From Malacoraja senta (lineage: Eukaryota), in assembly GCA_038087875.1 (NCBI GenBank), contig CM075991.1, forward strand, positions 4,650,001 to 4,714,000: DNA of 64,000 bases. The letters run 5' to 3'. Made by a program: the position numbers and the translations under genes. Under the pieces are notes generated by a model, which was not told where the DNA came from, made no database searches, and saw only the letters and a list, made by a program, of their open reading frames with translations. This document shows, piece after piece, positions 51,013 through 61,590 of the stretch. Within the stretch, counting starts at the first letter, position 1. Every line of letters starts with the position of its first letter.

Positions 51013-51643
51013 TGGCCTTTATAAATCAGAGCATTGAATATAGAAGTTGGGATGCAATGTTAAAATTGTACAAGGCATTGGTGAGGCCAATTCTGGAGTA
51101 TGGAGTACAATTTTGGTCGCCTAATTATAGGAAGGATGTCAACAAAATAGAGAGAGTACAGAGGAGATTTACTAGAATGTTGCCTGGGTTTCAGCAACTA
51201 AGTTACAGAGAAAGGTTGAACAAGTTAGGTCTTTATTCTTTGGAGCGCAGAAGGTTAAGAGGGGACTTGATAGAGGTCTTTAAAATTATGAGCGGGTTAG
51301 ACAGAGTGGACGTGGATAAGCTTTTCCTATTGAGAGTAGGGAAGATTCAAACAAGGGGACATGACTTGAGAATTAAGGGACAGAAGTTTAGGGGTAACAT
51401 TAGGAGGAACTTCTTTACTCAGAGAGTGGTAGCTGTGTGGAATGAGCTTCCAGTGGAAGTGGTGGAGGCAGGTTCGATGTTATCCTTTAAAAATAGATTG
51501 GATGGGTATATGGACGGGAAAGGAATGGAGGGTTATGGTGTGAGTGCAGGTAGATGGGACTAGGGGGAAGTAAAAAAAAAAGTGTTCGGCACGGACTTGA
51601 AGGGCCAAGATGTCCTGTTTCCGTGCTGTTATGGTTATATGAT
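51013..51643 (+). mobile_element. CR1-clade (HER1-like) LINE 3' fragment
   Basis: AFINQSIEYRSWD..LVRPILEYGVQFWSP..GRWD. Same subfamily as 4034-4966. Confidence 0.92.
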
Positions 51644-52283
51644 AACTCTTCCCATGCACATCCTTGGATGTTTTTCCACAGCTTACCCTGGCATCTCCAA
51701 CCTTTCCTCAAAGCTTCAATTTTCCATTGTCAGCAATATCATTGTTGGCCTCCTTTATACTCTCTCTCGAATGCGGATACATCGCTCCTGAGGTCACTTG
51801 CTTGGTTAATGATGCAAAAGCTATCACATTTACACAATGAAACTGACAGCAACTTCGAACTTTCCACCTCGTCAGAATTTAATGCGGAAGTCCTGTAATT
51901 GGTGTCGATATGCAGTTATCCTTTCATGTCTGCTTGAAATACAATGTTTTCCAAATGTCAAATGCAACGATAAATATGTCAAAATTCAATAGCTTCTAAA
52001 GTTTTAAAAAACCCAACTCAAAATCTCATTTATGATGTTTTAGCTTCAACTTTGAGGAGGGAAGGGATCAATTGAGTCTATGATTGTAAGCTGATGCCTC
52101 TGAATGACGAGTCTGCTGATTTATACCCTACACTAAAATGCAGTTATGGCAAGGACTAGTCAGAGTCAAGGCTACAACCACATGAAAAGAAGGAGCAGCT
52201 TGGATATCACTTTTTCTGGAAAAAGTGTGGTATATAAGAGAAAAGGAGGTACAAAAGAATAGACAAGGTAAAATTGTTTCTGT

Positions 52284-52408
52284 GTAAGAAGGAACTACAG
52301 ATGCTGGTTTAAACTGAAGATAGACACAAACAGCTGTAGTAACTCAGCAGATCAGACAGCATCTCTGGAGAAAAGAAATAGGTGATGTTTCGGGTCAAGA
52401 CCCTTCTG
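52284..52408 (-). mobile_element. Penelope pLTR-derived short insertion
   Basis: 14-bp TSD AAAATTGTTTCTGT (52270-52283, 52409-52422). Reads AGAAGGGTCTTGACCCGAAACATCACC on the - strand. Confidence 0.8.
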
Positions 52409-53542
52409 AAAATTGTTTCTGTTGTGGGTGAATCCAGAAATAAGAAGTGTAAACATAAGAAAACCACAGATGGATGAAATATAGAAATTAGGAGGAATGT
52501 CTTTGGCCGATTGGTGCAAATATGGAACGTGCTATTTTGGGCAATAGTTATTGTAGACTGCTGACACAGATTAATGTGTACATGAGTGAAAAAAAGGACG
52601 AGAGGAATATACCAGTAAATTGGGAAGAATTATTTGAGTCTGAGGGGAATATATGGAGTAAAATTGCCAGAATAGAAAAAGTGGATCAATTGACTCACTT
52701 TATTTATGGATATAATTACAGTGAATCTGCATCTTATAAATTGGATTGTGTCTTGTGGTTCAATATTTTTGAAATAGAACAGAAAAAACATACTATTATA
52801 GCGCAGAAAAGGAAAAAAATTGTTGTAAGATCCACTGTGAAAGACTAGAAAAGTTACTGTCAGTTTAAGAAGTGTCATATTTTCCCAAAGGCTTTCACAT
52901 GTCAATTTTGAAATATTTTTAAAAAGCATATTTTAGTAATCATCCTTTTTCCAAGTAGTGATTTGTATATGGCTTTATATCTGGGGGTGGAAATATTTGA
53001 TGTTGCCATAGTTGCCTGTTACTGACTTTAAAGCCTTTGATGAGATGGCAAAGCTTCCAGCTGTCATCACCCTCTTTTTGGAAGAGTTCTGCAGCCCCCA
53101 CGCACCTTGTACCGGCATTTCTGTAAGTGGGCAGTGCCTCAGCTTTAAGCAGAGACGAGCTTTGTCATTTGGGGAGAGCCACGTGCCAGCCCACACAGGA
53201 TCAGCCAAATAGTTCAGCAGCAATTGCCATCCTTGTTGGAAGAGAGTTCTTTTCGCAAAGGGGATCCCCTGTGAAGCATGGATGAAGTGAACAATGTTTT
53301 ATTTGAACCTCAGCACCTAAGGGACAGCAGAATATTTATCTTGTTTTTTTATGATTCTGTGCTTGCAAAACGTTATAGATTGGGATCTGATCCAGAATTA
53401 TTTTATTTCCAGAAAAAGTGTTTCAAATAAAAGGTTGTGTTTGTGCCTGTAAACTGAGTACAGTTGCAACATGTTTTTGTCCATTCAGCATGGTGAGCAA
53501 AGATCTCTAATTCTGAAATAATGAAAACTTGAATACGAAATT

Positions 53543-53708
53543 GAAGGTAGACAAATGCTGGAGAAACTCAGCGGGTGAGGCAGCATCTATGGAGCGAATG
53601 AAATAGGCAACGTTTCAGGTCGAGACCCCCTTCCCGTCTGAAGAAGGGTTTCGACCTGAAACGTTGTCTACCTTCGATTTTCCAGCATCTGCAGTTCCTT
53701 CTTAAACA
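53543..53708 (+). mobile_element. Penelope pLTR-derived insertion with inverted 5' arm
   Basis: Inverted arm 53543-53635, direct arm from GTCTGAAGAAGGG at 53636. ATACGAAA on both flanks. Confidence 0.8.
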
Positions 53709-54185
53709 TACGAAACTTAAGGATGTCCATTGCCTTTCGCATTTATCTCAGCAAGGAATTAGAGTATCCAAAGATGTGATATAAACAAACAAAAAGATTT
53801 GTATTAATATACTAGACCAAGTGCAGACCCGTTTGGTCTGTTCCTCCAAAGCACGGTTGCGGGGTTGGAATCTGGCACCCACAAACACGCACACTCATCA
53901 CACCCCTTGATATTATCTTAATTTTATTAATTGGCTTCTTTTAACCCATCTCCACCCTATCCACTGATGAATAGCCCACACCTCTCAGGTGCGTCTAGAG
54001 GGGGGGGGGGACAGAGAGAGAAAATTTAATGTTAGAAAAAAAAATTGTGAGGAGGAAGGGGGGAGAGGATGGGAAGAGAGGAGCGGGGGGGAAGAGGTGA
54101 GGGGGGGGGTGGAGCGGGCGTGCTTGAGTCAAGCACGCCCGCTGTGAAGAGAGAAGAGCAGAGAGAGGGGAGAGACAGAGAGACT

Positions 54186-54402
54186 TGTACACAAAAAAAA
54201 GCTGGAGAAACTCAGCGGGTGCAACAGCATCTATGGAGCGAAGGAAATAGGCAACGCTTTGGGCCGAAACCTATCTTCAGACGGGTTTTGGCCCAAAAAC
54301 GTTGCCTATTTCCTTCGATCCATAGATGCTGCAGCACCCGCTGAGTTTCTCCAGGTTTTTTTTGTGTACCTTCGATTTTCCAGCATCTGCAGTTCCTTCT
54401 TA
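54186..54402 (+). mobile_element. Penelope pLTR-derived insertion with inverted 5' arm, nested in Helitron unit 1
   Basis: 13-bp TSD AGACAGAGAGACT (54173-54185, 54403-54415). The arms meet at 54282/54283. Confidence 0.85.
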
Positions 54403-54499
54403 AGACAGAGAGACTGTTGGCGGGCTGTTTCCCCAACGCGCGTTTGCAGGGGGGGGGGGCTGCGGCATCACACTCACACTAACCACCCCCAAACACACA

Positions 54500-56212
54500 G
54501 GCGGGGGAGAGGGAGACGGGGTGAGTGGAGGGAGGGAAGAGGGAGACGGGGTGGGTAGAGAACAGGAGGGAGGGGGAGGAGGAAAGGGGAGAGATGGGAG
54601 GGAGGGGGAGGAGAAAAGGGGAGAGATTGGGGAGGGAGAGGAGAGCAGGGTGGGGGAGAGGGAGGAGAGTGGGGAGTGGGAGGAGAGCGGGGAGGGCAGG
54701 AAAGGGGGGGAGGGGATGTTAGGTGGAGAGGGGATGAGGGGAAGGGGAGAGAGGAGTAGGGGGGAGAGGAGGAGTGAGGGGTAGCGGGGAGTGGTGCAAG
54801 AGAGGGGAAGGGGGTGGGGTTGGGGGTGGGGGAAGAGAGGGTGGGAGGGGGGAGGGAGGGGGGTGAGGAGAGAGGGGGAGGAGTGGATGGAGAGCGGAGA
54901 GGGGGAAGATTGGGAAGGGAGAGGGAAGGAAGGAAGAGGGTGGGGGAGGGAGATGGGGAGGGATGGGCGGAGATAAGTGGAAGAATGGGGAGGGAGGGGG
55001 AGAGGTGTAGGGGGAAGTGGTGGAAGTGGGAGAGAGGTAGGGGGGAGTGGTGGAAGAGGGAGAGAGGGGTAGGGGAAGGGGGTGGGGGAAAGGAGGAGAG
55101 AAGTGGAAGAGTGGGGAGAGAGGGGGAGAGTGGTAGGGGGAGTGGTGGAAGAGGGACAGAGGGGTAGGGGGAGAGAGGGAAGGGGGTGGGGTAGAGAGGG
55201 AAGGGGGGTGGGGGAGAGAGGGAAGGGGGTGGGGGAGAGGGATGGGCAGAGAGGAATGGGGTGGGAGGGGGAGAGGGAGAGGGGGAGGGGGGAGGAGATG
55301 GAGAGGGGGAGGAGAGAGGGGTGGGGGAGGGGAGGAGAGAGGGATGCGGAGGGGGAGAGAATTGTGAGGGAGGGGAGGGGAGGAGGGAGATGGGGTAGAG
55401 GGTGGGGGGAGAGGGAAGGGGGGTGGGGGAGAGAGGGATGGGGTGAGGGTAGGGGAGTGAGGGGGAAGTGTGGAGGGAGAGGGAAGGGAGGGGGGGAAAG
55501 AGAGTGGTGGGGGAGGGAGATGAGGGGAAAGTGTGGAGGGAGGGGGAGAGGGGTAGGGGGGAGAGAGGAGAAAGAGTGGGGAGGGAGATGGAAGGGTGGG
55601 GGGAGATGCGGAGGGATGGGGGTGGGGAGATAAGTGGAAGAATGGGGAGGGGAGGGGGAGAGAGATGGGTGGGTGAGGGGGAGAGAAGTGGAAGAGTGGG
55701 GAGGGAGGGGTTGGGAGGAGGAGGGGAGGAGAGGGAGAGGGGTGAGGAGAGGGAGAGGGGTGAGGAGAGGGAGATGGAGGGGGGGAGAGAGGGGTGGGGG
55801 AGGAGAGAGGGGGTGGGGGAGGGAGGGAGAGAGAGGTGTGGGGGAGGGAGAGGGAGGGAGATGGGGTAGGGGGAAGAGTGTGGATGGAGGGGGAAGAGGG
55901 GGAGGGGGAAGGTGGTGGGGAGAGAGGGATGGGGGTAGTGGAGGTAACGGGGGTGGGGGAGGGAAGAGGTTTTGGGGAGAGAGGGAAGGGGGTGGGGGAG
56001 GGAAGGTGGTGGGGGAGAGAGGGATGGTGTGGAGGAGGAGGGGGGAGGAGAGGGAGATGGTGAGGAGAGGGAGATGGAGGGGGAGAGGGAGGGGGAGGGA
56101 TGGGAGAGAGTGGAGGAGGGAGATGGGTTAGGGGAGGGAGGGGGAAGAATGTGGAGGGAGGGGGAGAGAGGGGAAATAGTGGGGAGGGAGAGTGGAAGGG
56201 GAGGGGTAGGGA
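54500..56212. repeat. Polypurine G-rich low-complexity tract
   Basis: About 1.7 kb of almost only G and A on the + strand, with dense G3-G6 runs. Similar tracts at 57865-58848 and 59715-59865. Confidence 0.9.
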
Positions 56213-56498
56213 CAGTCCATCTGTTCCCCATTCCCTATCACCCCCAATCCTCTTTCTCTTTCCCCCACACGTGATGCCCCGCTTCGCCACAGGCTGCGGG
56301 GTTGGGGGGGAGGGGGCTGGGGCTGGGGCTGCTGCAAAGGCAAATGTAAATAGATCCATACCGATTGGACATCTGTGAGCATTGGGCATTGTGACATCAC
56401 ACGACGGAACCTTCACTAACATTCTATGGCTGAGCTGTTTTTTAAAAACATTTTGGGGGTGGGGGAGGGAGAAGGATTTTATTAAAAACGTGTACATA

Positions 56499-57582
56499 CG
56501 TGTGGATAGAGAACTGGCTGGCAAACAGGAAGCAAAGAGTAGGAGTAAACGGGTCCTTTTCACAATGGCAGGCAGTGACTAGTGGGGTACCGCAAGGCTC
56601 AGTGCTGGGACCCCATCTATTTACAATTTATATTAATGAACTGGATGAGGGAATTGAAAGCAACATCTCCAAGTTTGTGGATGGCACTAAGCTGGGGAGC
56701 AGTGTTAGCTGTGAGGAGGATGCTAGGAGACTGCAAGGTGACTTGGATAGGCTGGGTGAGTGGGCAAATGTTTGGCAGATGCAGTATAATGTGGATAAAT
56801 GTGAGGTTATCCACTTTGGTGGCAAAAACGGGAAGGCAGACTATTATCTAAATGGTGGCCGATTAGGAAATGGGGAGATGCAGCGAGACCTGGGTGTCAT
56901 GGTACACCAGTCATTGAAAGTAGGCATGCAGGTGCAGCAGGCAGTGAAGAAAGCGAATGGTATGTTGGCTTTCATAGCAAGAGGATTTGAGTATAGGAGC
57001 AGGGAGGTTCTACTGCAGTTGTACAGGGTCTTGGTGAGACCACACCTGGAGTATTGCGTACAGTTTTGGTCTCCAAATCTGAGGAAGGACATTATAGCCA
57101 TAGAGGGAGTGCAGAGAAGGTTCACCAGACTGATTCCTGGGATGTCTGGACTTTCATATGAAGAAAGACTGGATAGACTTGGCTTATACTCGCTAGAATT
57201 TAGGAGATTGAGAGAGAATCTTATAGAAACGTACAAAATTCTTATGGGGTTGGACAGGCTAGATGCAGGAAGATTGTTCCCGATGTTGGGGAAGTCCAGG
57301 ACAAGGGGTCACAGCTTAAGGATAAGGGGGAAATCCTTTAAGACCGAGATGAGGAAAAACTTTTTCACACAGAGAGTGGTGAATCTCTGGAACTCTCTGC
57401 CACAGAGGGTAGTTGAGGCCAGTTCATTGGCTATATTTAAGAGGGAGTTAGATGTGGCCCTTGTGGCTAAGGGGATCAGGGGGTATGGAGAGAAGGCAGG
57501 TACGGTATACTGAGTTGGATGATCAGCCATGATCATATTGAATAGGCGCTGCACCTATTTTCTATGTATCTATGTATCTATG
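56499..57582 (+). mobile_element. CR1-clade LINE (RT C-half to 3' tail), inserted in Helitron unit 1
   Basis: WIENWLANRKQRVGVNG, GVPQGSVLGP, KFVDGTKL (decayed FADD), LVRPHLEYCVQFWSP. The empty site GTACATAAACACG is visible in unit 2 near 59236. Confidence 0.93.
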
Positions 57583-58848
57583 TAAACACGACGAAATTTA
57601 ATCAGGAGTGGCTACTCGTAAAGAAAAGTGAAATCTCTAAAGAAATCGAAAATAATCTCGGCGTTTCTGCGTGCGGTGTTGGCGTAGTGCGGTATCAAAG
57701 GCTGGCGCAGGCACAAGTCAAGCAGACACACACACACACACACACAGAGTTTTAAATATAGACTAGACCAAGTGCAGACCCGTTGGGTCTGTCTCCCCAA
57801 CGCGCGTTTGTGGGGGGGGGGGTGGCTGCGGCATCACACTCACACTAACCACCCCCCAAACACACAGGCGGGGGGAGGTGGGAGTGGTGGAAGTGAGAGA
57901 GAGTGAGGGGGAGAGGGGAAGGGGGGTGGTGGAAGGGGGGTGGTGGAAGAGGGAGAGAGGGGTAGGGGAAGGGGATGGAGGGAGGGAGGGGGAGAGAGGG
58001 GGTGGGGAGGGAGAGAGGTGGGGAGGGAGAGGGGTGGGGGAAGGGGGAGAGAAGTGGAAGAATGGGGAGAGGGGTAGGGGAGTGGTGGAAGAGGGACAGA
58101 GGGGTAGGGGGAAGGCATGGGGGAGAGAGGGGAGGGAGGGGGAGGTAGAGGGGTGGGGAAAGGGGGAGAGAAGTGTTTCCCCAACGCGCGTTTGTGGGAG
58201 GGGGCTGCGGCGTCACAGTCTGTTCCTCCAAAGCACAGTTGCGGGGTGGGAATCTGGCACCCACAAACACACACAATCATCACACCCCTTGATATTATCG
58301 AGAGAGGGAGGGGAGAGGGATGGGAAAGGGGGAGAGAGGTGTGGGGGAGAGGGAGGGGAGGAGAGATGGGGTGGGGGGAGAGGGATGGGGTTGGGGGTAG
58401 GGGAGGGAGGGCGACGAGTGTGCAGGGAGAGGGAAGTGAGGGGGGGGAAAGAGAGTGGTGGGGGAGGGAGATGGGGAAGAGTGTGGAGGGAGGGGAGAGC
58501 GGTAGGAGGGAGAGAGAGGGGGAAGAGTGGGGAGGGAGAGGGAAGGGAGGAGGGAGAGATGTGTGGGGGAGGGAGATGGGGAGAGGTGGGGGATGGGTGG
58601 TGGGGGGAGATAAGTTGAAGAATGGGGAGGAAGGGGGAGAGGTGTAGGGGGGAGTGGTGGAAGTGGGAGAGAGGGAGGGGGAGAGGGGTAGGGGGAGTGG
58701 TTGAAGAGGGACAGAGGGGTAGGGGAAGGGGTGGGGGGGAAGAGGGGAGGGAGGGGGAGAGAGAGGGATTGGGAGGGAGAGAGAGAGGGGTGGGGTAAGG
58801 GGGAGAGAAGCGGAAGAGTGGGGAGTGAGGGGTAGGGGGAGTGGTGGA

Positions 58849-59048
58849 NNNNNNNNNNNNNNNNNNNNNNNNNNNNNNNNNNNNNNNNNNNNNNNNNNNN
58901 NNNNNNNNNNNNNNNNNNNNNNNNNNNNNNNNNNNNNNNNNNNNNNNNNNNNNNNNNNNNNNNNNNNNNNNNNNNNNNNNNNNNNNNNNNNNNNNNNNNN
59001 NNNNNNNNNNNNNNNNNNNNNNNNNNNNNNNNNNNNNNNNNNNNNNNN
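58849..59048. other. Assembly gap (200 N)
   Basis: Run of N inside the G-rich tract of Helitron unit 2. Confidence 0.99.
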
Positions 59049-60841
59049 GGGGGGAGGGGCTGGGGCTGCTGCAAAGGCATATGTAAATGGATCCATTCCG
59101 ATTGGACATCTGTGAGCATTGGGCATTGTGACATCACAGAACGGAACCTTCACTAACATTCTACGGCTGAGAGCTGTTTTTTTTACATTTTGAAATTTTG
59201 GGGGTGGGGGGGAGAAGGATTTTATTTAAAAAAGTGTACATAAACACGACGAAATTTAATCAGGAGCGGCTATTCGTAAAGAAAAATGAAATCTCTACCG
59301 AAATGGAAAAAAATATCGGCGTTTCTGCATGCGGTGTTGGCGTAGCGCGGTATCAAAGGGGCTGGCTGGCAAAAGTCAAGCTGGCAGCCACCCACACACA
59401 CACACACACACACAGTTTTAAATATAGACTAGACCAAGTGCAGACCCGTTGGGTCTGTCTCCCCAACGCGCGGTTGCGAGGTTGGAATCTTGCACCCACA
59501 AACACACACACTCATCACACATTTTATTAATTGGCTTCTTTTATCCCATCTCCACCCTATCCACTGACGAATAGCCCTCACCTCTCAGGTGCGTCTAGAG
59601 GGGGGGGGCAGAGAGAGTGTGTACAGACAGAGTGGAAGAGAGAGAGAGAGAGAGGGCAGAGAAAAAGATAAAGATCAAAGAGAGAGAGAGCAGAGAGATA
59701 GCGGCTGACAGGTGCTGCAAGTGGAAAGGGGTGGGGTAAGGGGGAGAGAAGTGGAAGAGTGGGGAGGGAGGGGTAGGGGGAGTGGTGGATGAAGGACAGA
59801 GGGGTAGGGGGGAGGGTGCGGGGGGAGAGAGGGAAGGGGTACGGGAGGAGAGAGGGATGGGGGAATGCAGAAAATGCTGCAGCCAATTGGTAGAGGGCAG
59901 GTTTCCACAAATTGCATTGTTATTATGCCCAAATAATCTTATTGAAATGTTGACTGAGGGATAAATATTGGCTCAGGCCTTCTGAATAATTCCACTATTT
60001 CTCCTGATATCACACTGGCCTTGATTTATGGTCTTGGCTGAAATGCAGAAGTCCATTCGCCACTCAGTGGCATCTCAACTTAAATTAATGCTCTGAAATA
60101 TTTAATAACTGTACTAAGACTATGCTGCAATCATACTCGATGTTCTTGCTAATGAAGAAAAGCACCTCATAGGTATAAAGAACAAAGTGATTCTTGCCAT
60201 TTTCCATGATGTGATCATCAATCACAGACATAACCAATCATATCTAATAGTATCAGATTCTGTTGTTAAACTTTGCAGTTAGATTCGTCATCATCTTTTG
60301 GACAGTTTCCATGACAACGTTAATACAATTAGAGAAGGCATTGGGCACAATACTGAGGGTTTGCCAGTCCCTTGTTTAAACTTAATTCAATTCTTGTTAT
60401 TCAGGTAACAAAGTAGAATAACGATTGTTTGAAGCAATTGAAAGAAAGTTTGGGATTGCCATTGTAATTTAATAGAATTCAATGTACCTGCAGTGTAGGA
60501 TAATTTGTGGTTATAATAGGATAATAATGGAAATAATATTTCTGGTTTGAATAATTGTTTGAAGTACATCTTACTGGTTTCTATCATGGTAAATAAAATT
60601 AAGACAATGGCTACATTGTTGCAGGATATGGGGGACTCATTTAAATCTGAATTGCAGAGATTTCTTCTCACATTGAGCGATGGATCTCTGGCATTCTCTA
60701 CCCCAGAGAGTTATGGAGACTAGATGTATTAAAAATTAGATAGATCAATGTTTGAAAGATTGGGAATTGATGTCAATTTGGAACTGGCATGGAAGAGGAG
60801 TTGTGGCCTGGGGTATATCAGCTAAGATCACATTGACTAGT

Positions 60842-61044
60842 TGTAAAGAGGAGTCATAACACACTGTGTCTTTACTACTGTTTATTCATGATACACATAC
60901 TTTACTGCCCTAGCTGTTCGTGGTCTGTCACCGGAACCAGAGAGCGAGCACTGGGTGAGAAGGTTGTAATTATACTAGTGATGTGGGGAGTGGTTAGTAG
61001 TGGTGAGGTCATTATGTTAAAGGTACATGCACATATCATCTATA
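60842..61044 (-). mobile_element. Short solo LTR
   Basis: 5-bp TSD CTAGT (60837-60841, 61045-61049). Termini TGTA...TATA (a decayed TACA). AATAAA and a TATA-like motif on the - strand. Interrupts an old CR1 3' end. Confidence 0.6.
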
Positions 61045-61189
61045 CTAGTGGAGAGGCATGAGGAGTAGTGTCCACTCTTGCTCCAGTTTTCTCCAGCGTT
61101 CTGTGCTGTTTGGTTGTCTGTATCTGTTTCTCTATATTGCATCAATCGCTGCATTTCAGAAATTCTACAGTGGGTGTAAAATGCTTTAA

Positions 61190-61590
61190 AGTGTTCCGAG
61201 ATATGCCTTTTCCACCCTCTGCCAACTGTGCCACCACCTTCAGCGATTTTTAGGGTTAATACCCTTTGCTCGACGATACTCCCTACAGCACAATCATTGC
61301 GTATATCTTATTATGCTCTCCATTATCTGACATCCTTTCGTCTCCTTTGTCACCTACTCCACCCATCTGCTAATCTCCCCCCCCCAACCTGTATTCGCCT
61401 ACTACTTGTCAAGCTCTATCCCAACCCTACCCCTCTCTTCTAACTATCCTCGCCCTCGCCGCCCCCCCCCCCCACACACACACACACACACACCATAAAT
61501 TCTGGAAAAAAAGATCCGGACCTAAACATAATTTCTCCATTCCCTCCGCTGATGGTGCCTGACCTGCTGAGTTCCTCCAGTACTTTCTTA
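61190..61590 (+). mobile_element. Decayed Penelope-like 3' fragment/pLTR
   Basis: C-rich tract followed by CCTGACCTGCTGAGTTCCTCCAG, similar to the other pLTR copies. Confidence 0.5.

Larger units (their letters stand above)
53812..59865 (-). mobile_element. Head-to-tail array of three non-autonomous Helitron units (53812-57762, 57763-59428, 59429 to about 59865, the last truncated)
   Basis: On the - strand each unit ends CAGACC(C/A)AACGGGTCTG-CACTTGGT-CTAG. Junctions read CTAG|TCTATATTTAAAAC at 57763/57762 and 59429/59428. Internal blocks are shared between units. Confidence 0.85.

Noticed and set aside
54474..59159. Long Pro/Ser-rich and Gly/Glu/Arg-rich ORFs (up to 614 aa)
   Set aside because: They are open in nearly all frames on both strands because the G/A low-complexity tract lacks stop codons, and they lie inside Helitron units.
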